Notes under the pieces: generated by a model
What the model was told of the DNA's origin: nothing
The model's database searches: none
Seen by the model: the letters and a program-made list of their open reading frames with translations, nothing else
Part shown: positions 1 to 9,900 of the stretch, one piece after another
Layout of the letters: every line of letters starts with the position of its first letter
How positions within the stretch are numbered: the first letter of the stretch is position 1
Source: Nitrospirota bacterium
GTDB taxonomy: Bacteria; Nitrospirota; Thermodesulfovibrionia; UBA6902; DSMQ01
DNA: 32,179 bases
Assembly (NCBI GenBank): GCA_016214355.1
Contig: JACROO010000045.1
Span: forward strand, 1-32,179
Direction of reading: 5' to 3'
Program-made: the position numbers and the translations under genes

Positions 1-100
1 GCTATAAGCTGATGGGGTATTTTGTCAGAGGCGTGTGAGGGAAAGAGTTTTTCTTTCAACGCAGGTTAGGGGAAAGGGGGTTATCTCATAACGCCCGAAG

Positions 101-574
101 CTATAAAGAATCTGTATATTTAAGGTCAAGGATTAATCCTTCATCCGGGAATCTCGGATTTGGTTTCAGCGAGGCATCAAATAGTTTAAATTCTTCAAAG
201 TCGGTAAGGACTACGAAATAAACCTCTTTTGTTGACCATGCATAACTTTTTGCCTGAAGTATGTGGTTGATATTATCAAGAGTTACAGACGGCGCTTTTG
301 CCTCAACAAAGAATTTTGTTGCGCCGTTTATGCGGAAGTTGTAATCAGGTCTTCCTGTTGTTTCAGGTGAAAGCTCAACAATGACGTCTCTTTCATGAGG
401 AGGCTTCTGTGCCTTATTTTCTATATCCCAGCCTAATGCCTCAAAAAATGGATTTATAAAATCAATTCTTACCTGCGCCTCAAGATAACCTTTTGAAAGA
501 TAGTAGTCCTTGTCTTTTTCAAACTTTGCTATTAAGTCCTGTAATTTTTCTCTAAATGAATTAATATCAGACAT
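101..574 (-). pseudogene. Truncated N-terminal endonuclease domain (HsdR_N-like) of a Type IIG/Type I-like restriction-modification enzyme
   Basis: EAQVRIDFINPFFEALGWD, RPDY and FFVEAK (PD-(D/E)xK), QAKSYAW and LTDFEEF motifs. It stops after 157 aa with no methyltransferase domain; such proteins are normally much longer. Confidence 0.75.
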
Positions 575-723
575 TGTTTATTTGTGCATTAATGATAAAA
601 CTGTCACACACAAGCTGTCAAACAACCGGAATATATAACCATTTGAGATTACTTGCTTTTACATGGTATATTACCTATACATTTTTTCATAATTTTTTTA
701 TTAGTTGGAAGGAGTTGGGTTAG

Positions 724-1941
724 TTGCTTATTGTCCAGAAATACGGCGGGACATCTGTTGCTGATACTAAAAGGATTAAGGCTGTTGCAAGGCGTGTAGT
801 GGAAACTGCGAAAAACGGCAATAAGGTCGTTGTGGTTGTCTCAGCCATGGCTGGTGAGACGGACAAATTGATAAACCTTGCCCATAAAGTTTCGTCTACG
901 CCAAAGGAAAGGGAAATGGACATGCTCCTTTCCTCAGGCGAACGTATTACCGCTGCACTTACAGCAATAGCAATTGAAGAGTTAGGACACAAGGCAATTG
1001 CGCTCACAGGCAGGCAGATGGGTATAATAACTGATACGGTTCACACAAAGGCAAAGATTGAAAAAATCACAGGAGAAAAGGCAAAAAAAGCACTTGACGA
1101 GGGTTATGTAATTGTTGTTGCGGGCTTTCAGGGAATAACAGAGGATGACGATGTCACAACCCTCGGCAGGGGAGGCTCTGACCTTTCTGCTGTTGCAATT
1201 GCCTCGGCACTGGATGCAGATTTATGCGAGATTTATACAGACGTTGACGGCGTTTATACAACAGACCCCAATATTGTTCCCGAGGCTAAAAAACTGGATA
1301 AAATCTCTTTTGAGGAAATGCTTGAACTTGCAAGTCTCGGCGCAAAGGTGCTTCAGACAAGGTCTGTGGAGTTTGCCATGAAATATAAAATGCCTGTGGT
1401 CGTAAGGTCAAGCTTTAATAATAATCCGGGGACGCTTGTTACTAAGGAGGATAAGGATATGGAAAAAATTATGGTCGCTGGAATCACCTATGATAAAAAC
1501 CAGGGCAAGATTACCATAATGGGAGTACCTGACAGGCCTGGTATTGCCGCGAAGCTCTTTAAAAAAATTGCAGATGCAGATATAGTCGTTGACATGATTG
1601 TCCAGAATGTAAGCAGCGACGGCAAGGCTACGGACATATCGTTTACCGTGCCAAAAACCGATTGTAAAAAGGCGCTTGAATTGACAAACGAAATATTGAA
1701 AGAATTAGACGCAAAAGGCGTTACCATGAGGGACGATATAGCTAAGGTATCAATCGTCGGTGTCGGCATGAGGACTCACTCCGGAGTAGCGGCGATGATG
1801 TTTGAAACGCTGGCAAAGCACGGCATCAACATAATGGCAATCAGCACGTCAGAAATAAAGATTTCATGCCTTATAGAAACAAAATATACAGAACTTGCTG
1901 TAAGGGTTTTGCACGAGACTTTCGGGGTCGGTGAGAGGTAA
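724..1941 (+). CDS. lysC: Aspartate kinase
   Basis: [31 protein letters not shown] and two C-terminal ACT domains (STSEIKIS); TTG start after GGAG. Confidence 0.97.
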   Translation: MLIVQKYGGTSVADTKRIKAVARRVVETAKNGNKVVVVVSAMAGETDKLINLAHKVSSTPKEREMDMLLSSGERITAALTAIAIEELGHKAIALTGRQMGIITDTVHTKAKIEKITGEKAKKALDEGYVIVVAGFQGITEDDDVTTLGRGGSDLSAVAIASALDADLCEIYTDVDGVYTTDPNIVPEAKKLDKISFEEMLELASLGAKVLQTRSVEFAMKYKMPVVVRSSFNNNPGTLVTKEDKDMEKIMVAGITYDKNQGKITIMGVPDRPGIAAKLFKKIADADIVVDMIVQNVSSDGKATDISFTVPKTDCKKALELTNEILKELDAKGVTMRDDIAKVSIVGVGMRTHSGVAAMMFETLAKHGINIMAISTSEIKISCLIETKYTELAVRVLHETFGVGER

Positions 1942-1957
1942 AATAATTCTTAATACT

Positions 1958-3520
1958 ATGCGTTTTATTGAAATTTACGATACAACGCTGAGGGACGGGG
2001 CACAATCAGAGGATATTGCATTCTCTGTTGAAGACAAGCTGAGGATTGCCGGAAAACTTGATGAGCTTGGGGTTCATTATATTGAAGGCGGCTGGCCCAG
2101 CGCTAATCCTAAAGACACAGAGTTTTTCCGCAAAATGCGCAAAGTCAAGCTAAAGACCTCAAAGATAGTCGCCTTTGGCTCTACACATCATCCCGCACGC
2201 AAAGTTAGTAATGACCAGAATATAAAAGCCCTGTTAGATGCAGGCACAGCCATTGTTACTATATTCGGAAAAACATGGGACTTTCATGTAAAAGAGGCAT
2301 TGAGAATCTCACTCTCAGCAAACCTTGATCTGATTCATAACTCTATTGCCTATATTAAAAAACATGTCCAGAAAGTTTTTTTTGATGCAGAGCATTTTTT
2401 TTTTTTTTTTTAAACAAACCCCGAATATGCCTTCAAGGCATTAGAATCTGCAGTTATTGCGGGCGCAGACTGTCTTGTCCTCTGCGATACAAACGGCGGT
2501 ACATTGCCCCAGGAGATAGAAGATATAGAGAGAAAGACATTAAAAAAGCTTAGGATACCTGTAGGTATCCATGCTCATAATGATGCCGAGTGTGCTGTTG
2601 CAAATTCTATTGTCGCCGTAAAACTCGGCGCCTCGCAGGTGCAGGGAACAATAAACGGTTTAGGAGAGCGATGCGGCAATGCCAATCTTATTTCAGTCAT
2701 CCCAAACTTAAAGTTAAAACTTAAATATAACTGCATAACCGATGAACAATTAAAGAAATTAAAAGATGCATCAAGGTTTGTAACAGAGCTCGCCAACTTA
2801 AGGCATTTTAAAAGACAGCCATATGTGGGAGACAGCGCCTTTGCACATAAAGGGGGCATTCATGTCAGCGCCATTTTAAGGCATCCGGAGACCTATGAGC
2901 ATGTAAGACCGGAGCTTATCGGTAACTCCCAGCGGGTGCTCATTTCAGACCTTGCCGGTAAAAGCAATATCCTCAGAAAGGCTAAAGAAATAGGTATTCG
3001 TTTGGACGCTGACTCCCCTAAGCTGCAGGGTATTCTGAACAAATTAAAAAAATTAGAACATCAGGGTTTTCAGTTTGAAGGCGCAGAAGCGTCCTTTGAA
3101 CTCCTTCTAAAAAAAGAGCTTGGACTTTACAGAAAATTCTTTAACCTGCTTGGAGTCAGAGTTATAGTAGAAGAGAAAAGACAGCATGGCGTGCCTGTTG
3201 AAGCGACAGTAATGCTTAAACTGCCTGACAGACGCATTGAGCATACTGCTGCGATTGGGAATGGTCCTGTAAATGCACTTGATAATGCCCTTAGAAAGGC
3301 ACTTGAAAAATTCTATCCCCAGCTTAAAAAAGTAGAGCTTATTGATTACAAGGTAAGGGTCCTTGAAGCCGGCATAGGAACATCAGCAAGGGTGAGGGTC
3401 TTAATAGAATCAGGTGACGACACGCATAAATGGGGAACAGTGGGGGTATCTGAAAATATAATAGAAGCTTCATGGCAGGCGCTTGTGGACAGCATTGAAT
3501 ATAAGCTTCTGCGGGGATAA
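1958..3520 (+). CDS. cimA: Citramalate synthase (LeuA family), interrupted by a poly-T run and an in-frame TAA at 2411-2413 (probable artefact)
   Basis: [58 protein letters not shown]. ORFs 1931-2413 and 2504-3520 are in the same frame. Confidence 0.9.
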
Positions 3521-3529
3521 GTAGAGGAT

Positions 3530-3626
3530 AGGGTTCAAGCGGTCAAGGGGTCAGGGATTCAAGTGCTGGATTAATTTTTTAATTATAATTCACTTGAACC
3601 CTGGAATCCATGAATCCTCGAACCCT
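3530..3626. repeat. Inverted array of degenerate 7-9 bp units (GGGTTCAAG-like / CTTGAACCC-like)
   Basis: gggttcaagcggtcaaggggtcagggattcaagtg ... cacttgaaccctggaatccatgaatcctcgaaccct. Confidence 0.8.
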
Positions 3627-3633
3627 TTTCGTT

Positions 3634-4071
3634 ATGATAGAAGAAACAGGCACAGTCACAAAAACAGACGGTCTTACGGCAACAGTTCTTGTTCAAAGAA
3701 AAAGTGAATGCGAGGCGTGCACAGCAGCGCGCATCTGCGAACCTTCTCAAGGAGGAATGGAAATAGAGGCGCTAAATCCTGTAAACGCCAAGGCAGGGCA
3801 GAGAGTTAAAATAGCCATGAAACCGCAGGCTTACCTTAAAGGCTCAATAATTGTTTACGGAATCCCGCTGACAGCTTTTATTGCAGGGGTAATATTAGGG
3901 AAAAATATAGGCGAGACGCATTTCAAGGAATTCAGTTCTGATACTACGGCAGCAATTTTTGGTTTTATTTCTCTGATTATAACCTTTATAATCATAAAAA
4001 TCTGGAGCAAAAAGGCTGAAAAAAGATTAGACTATAAGCCAGTTATAGAAAAAATAGTGAATAGTGAATAG
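3634..4071 (+). CDS. RseC/MucC (SoxR-reducing system, RnfF-like) family membrane protein
   Basis: MIEETGTV start, RKSECEAC-x4-C cysteine cluster, YGIPL, two TM helices. Confidence 0.85.
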   Translation: MIEETGTVTKTDGLTATVLVQRKSECEACTAARICEPSQGGMEIEALNPVNAKAGQRVKIAMKPQAYLKGSIIVYGIPLTAFIAGVILGKNIGETHFKEFSSDTTAAIFGFISLIITFIIIKIWSKKAEKRLDYKPVIEKIVNSE

Positions 4072-4264
4072 TCTTTTTAACTAATGCAAACGCAAGAAGT
4101 AAAGTGTCATTGCGAGGAGTGAAGCGACGAAGCAATCTCTGTATTTACAAGGGGATTGCCACGCTCCCGTTGGTCGCTCGCAATGACAATGTAACAACAT
4201 TTAATGCGTTTGTATTAAATACTATTCACTAACGACTATTCACTGCCGTTGTTACTATTCACTA
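4053..4264. repeat. Nested repeat: AATAGTG/ACTATTC heptamer arms around a MITE-like element (4081-4218) containing a REP-like TGTCATTGCGAG...CTCGCAATGACA palindrome (4105-4188)
   Basis: Three concentric inverted-repeat pairs readable in the sequence. Confidence 0.85.
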
Positions 4265-4279
4265 AAAAGGGGAGGCTGA

Positions 4280-6242
4280 ATGGTAAATTTTGACATTGAG
4301 AAAATCAGAAACGTTGCAGTAATTGCACACGCAGGAGCAGGGAAGACCTCACTGGTTGAAGCTATGCTTTTTAATTCAAAGGCTGTAGACCGCCTTGGAA
4401 AAATCATAGAAGGCAATACAACCACCGACTACGAACCCGAGGAGATAAACCGTAAATTTTCAATTTCTTCAGCCCTTGCATTTTGTGAATGGAATGGTCA
4501 CAAGATCAATATCATTGACACGCCCGGATATATAAATTTTTTGGAAGACACAAAATCCTGCCTTTCTGCTGTTGACGGTGCCGTTGTCATAGTAAGCGCA
4601 TTATCAGGGGTAAAGACTGAAACAGAGAAGGTCTGGCAATATGCAAATAAGCATGAGCTTCCCAAAATAGTATTTGTCAATAAAATGGACAGAGAAAACG
4701 CCAATTTCAGCACAGCATTGAACGAACTTGAAAAAACCTTCGGCGCAAATGTAATACCTTTAAATATACCTATCGGCTCTGGGGACAGCTTTGAGGGTGT
4801 TATAGATATACTTGATATGAAGGCTGTTAAATTTCAGAATGGGAACCCCTCAAAAGCAGAAATCCCCGATGAACTTAAACCGGAGGCTGAGGAATACAGA
4901 AAGAAGCTCGTTGAAAAAATTGCTGAATCAGACGACTCCCTGCTTGAAAGATACCTTGAGGGCCATACCTTCTCCGGCTGAAAAGTCGGACATCACGCCG
5001 ATAAAGGGAACAAACCCGAAAAGCAAAGATGAAGTTACAAGAAAACCTCTGGATACTGAACCCCTCTCAGCGTTGGTATTCAAGACTATTGCTGACCCCT
5101 TTGCAGGCAGGCTTACACTTTTCAGGGTCTTCTCCGGGGTCATGAAGGCTGACTCCACCGTCTACAACTCTGCACGCGGCAGCAAGGAAAGGGTAGGACA
5201 AATTTTTTATCTTATGGGGAAAAAACAGGTGCCTGCTCAAAAAGTTGGCCCGGGTGAAATTGCAGCGGTGGCTAAACTAAAGGATGCCCTTACAGGCGAT
5301 ACCCTTACTGATCATGATAAGCCTGTGCTTTTTGAACCTGTTAAATTCGCTGACCCGATGATTTCTTATGCCATTGCACCCAAAAGCAGAGGGGACGAAG
5401 ATAAAGTAAGCATAGGACTCCATAGAATGCTTGAGGAAGACCCTACTCTTAAATTTCATCGTGATACTGAAACCAAGGATATGATTCTCTCGGGAATGGG
5501 TCAGATGCACCTTGAGATTACACTTGAAAGATTAAAAAGAAAGTTTGGGGTTGAGGTATTGATGAAGGCCCCGAAGATTCCTTATAAAGAAACGATTAAA
5601 ACCACTGCGAAGGCTCAGGGCAGATATAAAAGGCAGTCAGGCGGTAAAGGGCAGTACGGTGACTGCTGGATAGAAATAGAGCCGCTGCCTAAAGGCGGAG
5701 GGTTTGAATTTGTAGATAAGATAGTCGGCGGTGCAATACCCCGTCAATATATCCCTGCAATTGAAAAAGGCATTGTAGAAGCCATGCATGAAGGCATACT
5801 GGCAGGCTATCCTGTGGTTGACCTCAGGGTAACTGTTTACGATGGTTCGTATCACACGGTTGATTCTTCGGAGATGGCATTTAAGATAGCCGGTTCTTTA
5901 GCCATAAAAAAGGCTACGCAGAACGCAAAACTTGTCCTGCTTGAGCCGATTCTAAAGGCTGAAGTAATAGCTTCTGATGAATTTTTAGGCAGTGTAATAG
6001 GTGACCTTAACGGGAGGCGTGGAAAGGTTCAGGGTGTTGAATCTCAGGCAGGCGGCAACCAGAGAATCACAGTACTTGTCCCGATGGCGGAGATGCTGAC
6101 ATATGCAAATCAGCTTAATTCCCTGACCAGCGGACGCGGTATGTACACCGCAGAGTTTTCTCACTACGAAGAAGTTCCGTCTCACCTTGCGCAGAAAATT
6201 GTAGCTGAAAAGGCAGCTGCAAAGAAAGGAGAGGAAGATTAA
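4280..6242 (+). pseudogene. fusA: Elongation factor G paralogue (EF-G2-like) with an internal deletion and frameshift at ~4961-4964
   Basis: AHAGAGKT, DTPGY and NKMD in ORF 4280-4981; GMGQMHLE, YKRQSGGKGQYG and DGSYHTVDSSEMAF in ORF 4839-6242. The segment between YLEG and PSP is absent. It is not in an rpsL-rpsG operon. Confidence 0.85.
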
Positions 6243-6247
6243 TTCTT

Positions 6248-6646
6248 ATGGATAAAATAATCGCCGCAATATTAATGTTGGGACTGATATTAATGGTTAT
6301 TTTCTGGATTCCTACAATTTTGCAAATCAGGAAGACGGCAAAATCTTTAGAAGACTTTCTGAAGACCACCCGGGAGACACTGCATCCCCTCTTGCTGGAA
6401 TTAAAAGAAGGCATTAACAGAATGAACAAGACTACCGAAGGGATTGAGGAATCCGTAAAAAATGTGCAGCGCCTTACAAAGTCCGTGGGAGAGATTGGCA
6501 CTATGATTGACAGTGTAAACAGCTTAATCAGGCAGACAGGTATTGCATTTACTGTCAAGGCTGCCAGCACTGCTGTTGGTATAAAGACAGCCCTCAGCGT
6601 TTTGGCTAAGGGGCTGCTCACAAAGGGAGGTGAAAAGCATGAGTGA
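6248..6646 (+). CDS. DUF948/YoxC-like membrane-anchored coiled-coil protein
   Basis: N-terminal TM then amphipathic helices; typical partner upstream of YtxH. Confidence 0.7.
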   Translation: MDKIIAAILMLGLILMVIFWIPTILQIRKTAKSLEDFLKTTRETLHPLLLELKEGINRMNKTTEGIEESVKNVQRLTKSVGEIGTMIDSVNSLIRQTGIAFTVKAASTAVGIKTALSVLAKGLLTKGGEKHE

Positions 6647-6950
6647 AGAAAAAGGTTTTACGACAAGTAATGTTCTTTTGGCATTTGTGATCGGCGGTAT
6701 TGTCGGGGCGGGCGTTGCCCTGCTTATGGCTCCGCAGTCAGGCAAAGAGACACGGCAGAAGATTAAAGAATTAGCCGGCGAGGCTAAAGACAAGGCAGGG
6801 GATTACATAAGCCATGTAAAAGAAAAAGTTACCTCTGCTGTTGAGCACGGCAAGGAATTTGTCGGAGAAAAGAAGTCTTTAATCGCTACCGCAATAGAGG
6901 CAGGCAAGGAGGCATACGAAAAAGAAAAGGAAAAACTTTCCAAGCAATAA
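6639..6950 (+). CDS. YtxH domain protein
   Basis: GGIVGAGVALLMAPQSGKETR signature; GGGAGG RBS before ATG 6639. Confidence 0.92.
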   Translation: MSEEKGFTTSNVLLAFVIGGIVGAGVALLMAPQSGKETRQKIKELAGEAKDKAGDYISHVKEKVTSAVEHGKEFVGEKKSLIATAIEAGKEAYEKEKEKLSKQ

Positions 6951-6956
6951 ACACAG

Positions 6957-9900
6957 ATGAAAAAATTCATTGGGCTTGACGCTGGTTCCGTAAGCGTAAA
7001 AATTGCTGTTTTAGACGCAGAAGGCAGCATCCTTGAAACTAAATATGTCCGCCACAAAGGAAAACCATTAACAGTCGCCTGTGACCTGTTAAGCGAAATC
7101 AACTGCCCGTATTCCCTCAGTATTACAGGCTCGGCAGGGAGGCTTATTGCGCAAATTTTCGGCATTGAACCGGTAAATGAGATAGTCGCACAGAGCTATT
7201 CAACCAAAAAGCTCTTCCCTCATATTAATACCGTCTTTGAAATGGGCGGCGAGGATTCAAAACTTATATTACTTGAAAACGGCAGGGTAAAAGAGTTTTC
7301 TATGAATTCCGTATGCGCAGCCGGTACGGGCTCCTTTCTTGACCAGCAGGCAGAGAGATTACGGTTAAGCATTGAGGAATTCAGCGAGATAGCCTTAAAG
7401 TCCGAAACCCCCCCGAGGATTGCAGGACGATGCAGTGTTTTCGCAAAGTCTGACATGATACATCTGCAGCAGATAGCAACCCCGATGGAAGATATAGTTG
7501 CAGGCCTCTGCTTTGCTGTTGCAAGGAATTTCAAAGGAAGTATTTGCAAAAACATGGCACTCACAGAGCCAGTAAGTTTTCAGGGCGGTGTGGCTTCAAA
7601 TAAAGGTGTCACAAAGGCTATTAAAGAAGTTTTTGGCTTTAAAGGCCTGCTCATCCCCGAGCATTATGCACTGATGCCTGCAATTGGTGCAGCCCTTAAT
7701 GACATGGAACAGGGGGGGGGAAATACCTATGACATTGAGAAACTCAAAGCATTTCTCTCTTCCCGGAAAAATGAGGACAGGGGACATGAACCACTGACAA
7801 AAGTTCATAGTTCACAGTTTACAGTTTACACTAAACAAACACCTACCTATCAACTGTCAACCGTCAACCGTCAACTGTCAACTAAAGCTTATCTTGGCAT
7901 TGACATTGGTTCAATAAGCACAAACCTTGCTGTTATTGACGAAGACGGCGGTCTCCTTGCAAAGAGATACCTGATGACTGCCGGCAGGCCTATTGAGGCA
8001 GTAAGACAGGGGCTTGCAGAGATAGGCGGGGAGATCGGAAATAATGTAAAGATAATAGGTGTGGGAACTACCGGGTCAGGAAGATACATGATTGCAGATT
8101 TTGTCGGAGCAGACATTGTAAAGAATGAAATAACTGCACAGGCAACTGCTGCTGTAGCGATAGACACGGAGGTTGACACAATTTTTGAGATTGGAGGGCA
8201 GGACTCAAAATATATTTCAATAAAGGACGGGGTAATCGTTGATTTTGAGATGAACAAGGCATGTGCCGCAGGGACAGGCTCTTTTATTGAGGAACAGGCA
8301 GAAAAACTTGACTTGTCAGTAAAGGAAGAGTTTAGCAAGATGGCTTTTGAATCCCGGAACCCCTGCGCCCTCGGCGAAAGATGCACTGTATTTATGGAAA
8401 ACTCCCTTCTCTCAAGACAGCAGAGGGGCATCCCGAAGGAAGACCTTGTTGCAGGGCTGTCTTACTCAATAGTACAGAACTACATTAATAGGGTTGTGGG
8501 TGACAAAAAGATAGGCGAGAAGATATTTTTTCAGGGCGGGGTAGCTTTTAACGAGGCGGTCGTTGCCGCATTTGAAAAATATCTTAATAAAAGCATTACC
8601 GTTCCGCCTCACCACGACGTAACAGGCGCAATAGGCATGGCGATTATAGCCAGAGGGTATATGAAAAACAAAAAGTCAGCGATTAGCAGTGAGCAGTTAG
8701 CAGTTAGTAAAAACGAACTAACAGCTAACAGCTATTCGCTAACTGCTGAGTCTTCTTTCAAGGGTTTTGATCTTTCCAGAAGAAATTATGAAATCAAATC
8801 CTTCGGGTGCAAAGGCTGTGAAAATCTCTGCGAGATAAACAGTGTACGGATAGAAGGAGAAAAAGACCCGCTTTTCTACGGAAGCAGATGCGAAAAATAT
8901 GATGTCAAGAGAAAGAAAAAATATTCTTCAAATATTGATATGCCCGACCTGTTTGCAGAAAGAGAGGACATCCTTACAAAAACACACAGGGAATATAAAG
9001 AAAGGTTCTCAGTTCCCAGTTCTCAGTTCCCAGTTCGTATCGGCATACCAAGGATATTCTTTTTCCATGATTTACTGCCCTTCTGGAGTACGCTCCTGTG
9101 GGAACTCGGATTTGAGGTTGAACTTTCGGATAAAACAACCAGACAGATAGTCAACAAAGGTGTAGAAAACATCCTCTCGGAGAGCTGTTTCCCTCATAAA
9201 GCCTCGCACGGGCACATAAAGAATTTAATTGAAAAAAATGTTGATGCCATTTTAATCCCGAGTTTTATAAACCTCAATTCTTCAATAGAGGCAATGCGCG
9301 GTTTTGCCTGCCCGTATGTTCAAACTATACCTTATATCGCAAGGGCAGCCTTTGGAAAAGCGGAAAACAGAATAAAATTTCTCAATCCCGTAGTTAATAA
9401 AGAATTAGGGGAAGACTTCCTGTTAAGTGAACTGCATAAAACATTACGCCACTACAATATTTCAAAACACAAGATTAAAAAAGCAGTTATAAAAGCGGAA
9501 AACGTGCAGGGAGAGTTCATTTCAGCGGTAAAAAACAGAGGGAAAAAAGTGCTGGGCAATCTCAATGGAAAAACGATTGTCATATTAGGACGTTCGTATA
9601 ATGCATTTGATTCCGGTATGAATCTTGACATTCCCAAAAAGCTGTCAGACCTCGGCGTTCTCTCCATCCCTATGGACTATCTGCCGTTAGAGGAAATTGA
9701 TATATCAAGTAAATGGCCGGGCATGTACTGGAGGTCAGGGCAGAATATTTTAAGGGCAGCAGAGATAATCAGGAATAATACGGACCTCTTTGCACTGTAT
9801 TTAGGGAATTTTTCCTGCGGTCCTGACTCTTTTATCCATAAATATTTTAAAGAGACAATCGGCAGCAAGCCTTTTCTTCAGATTGAGATTGATGAACACA

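Noticed and set aside
575-723. Lysine riboswitch upstream of lysC
   Set aside because: The region is too short and AT-rich and lacks the conserved L-box elements.
2395-2411. Phase-variable homopolymer switch in cimA
   Set aside because: No change in run length could restore the lost DGYK residues, and the frame is unchanged.
4839-4981. Programmed frameshift in EF-G
   Set aside because: There is no slippery site, and coding sequence is missing, so a shift would not give a complete protein.
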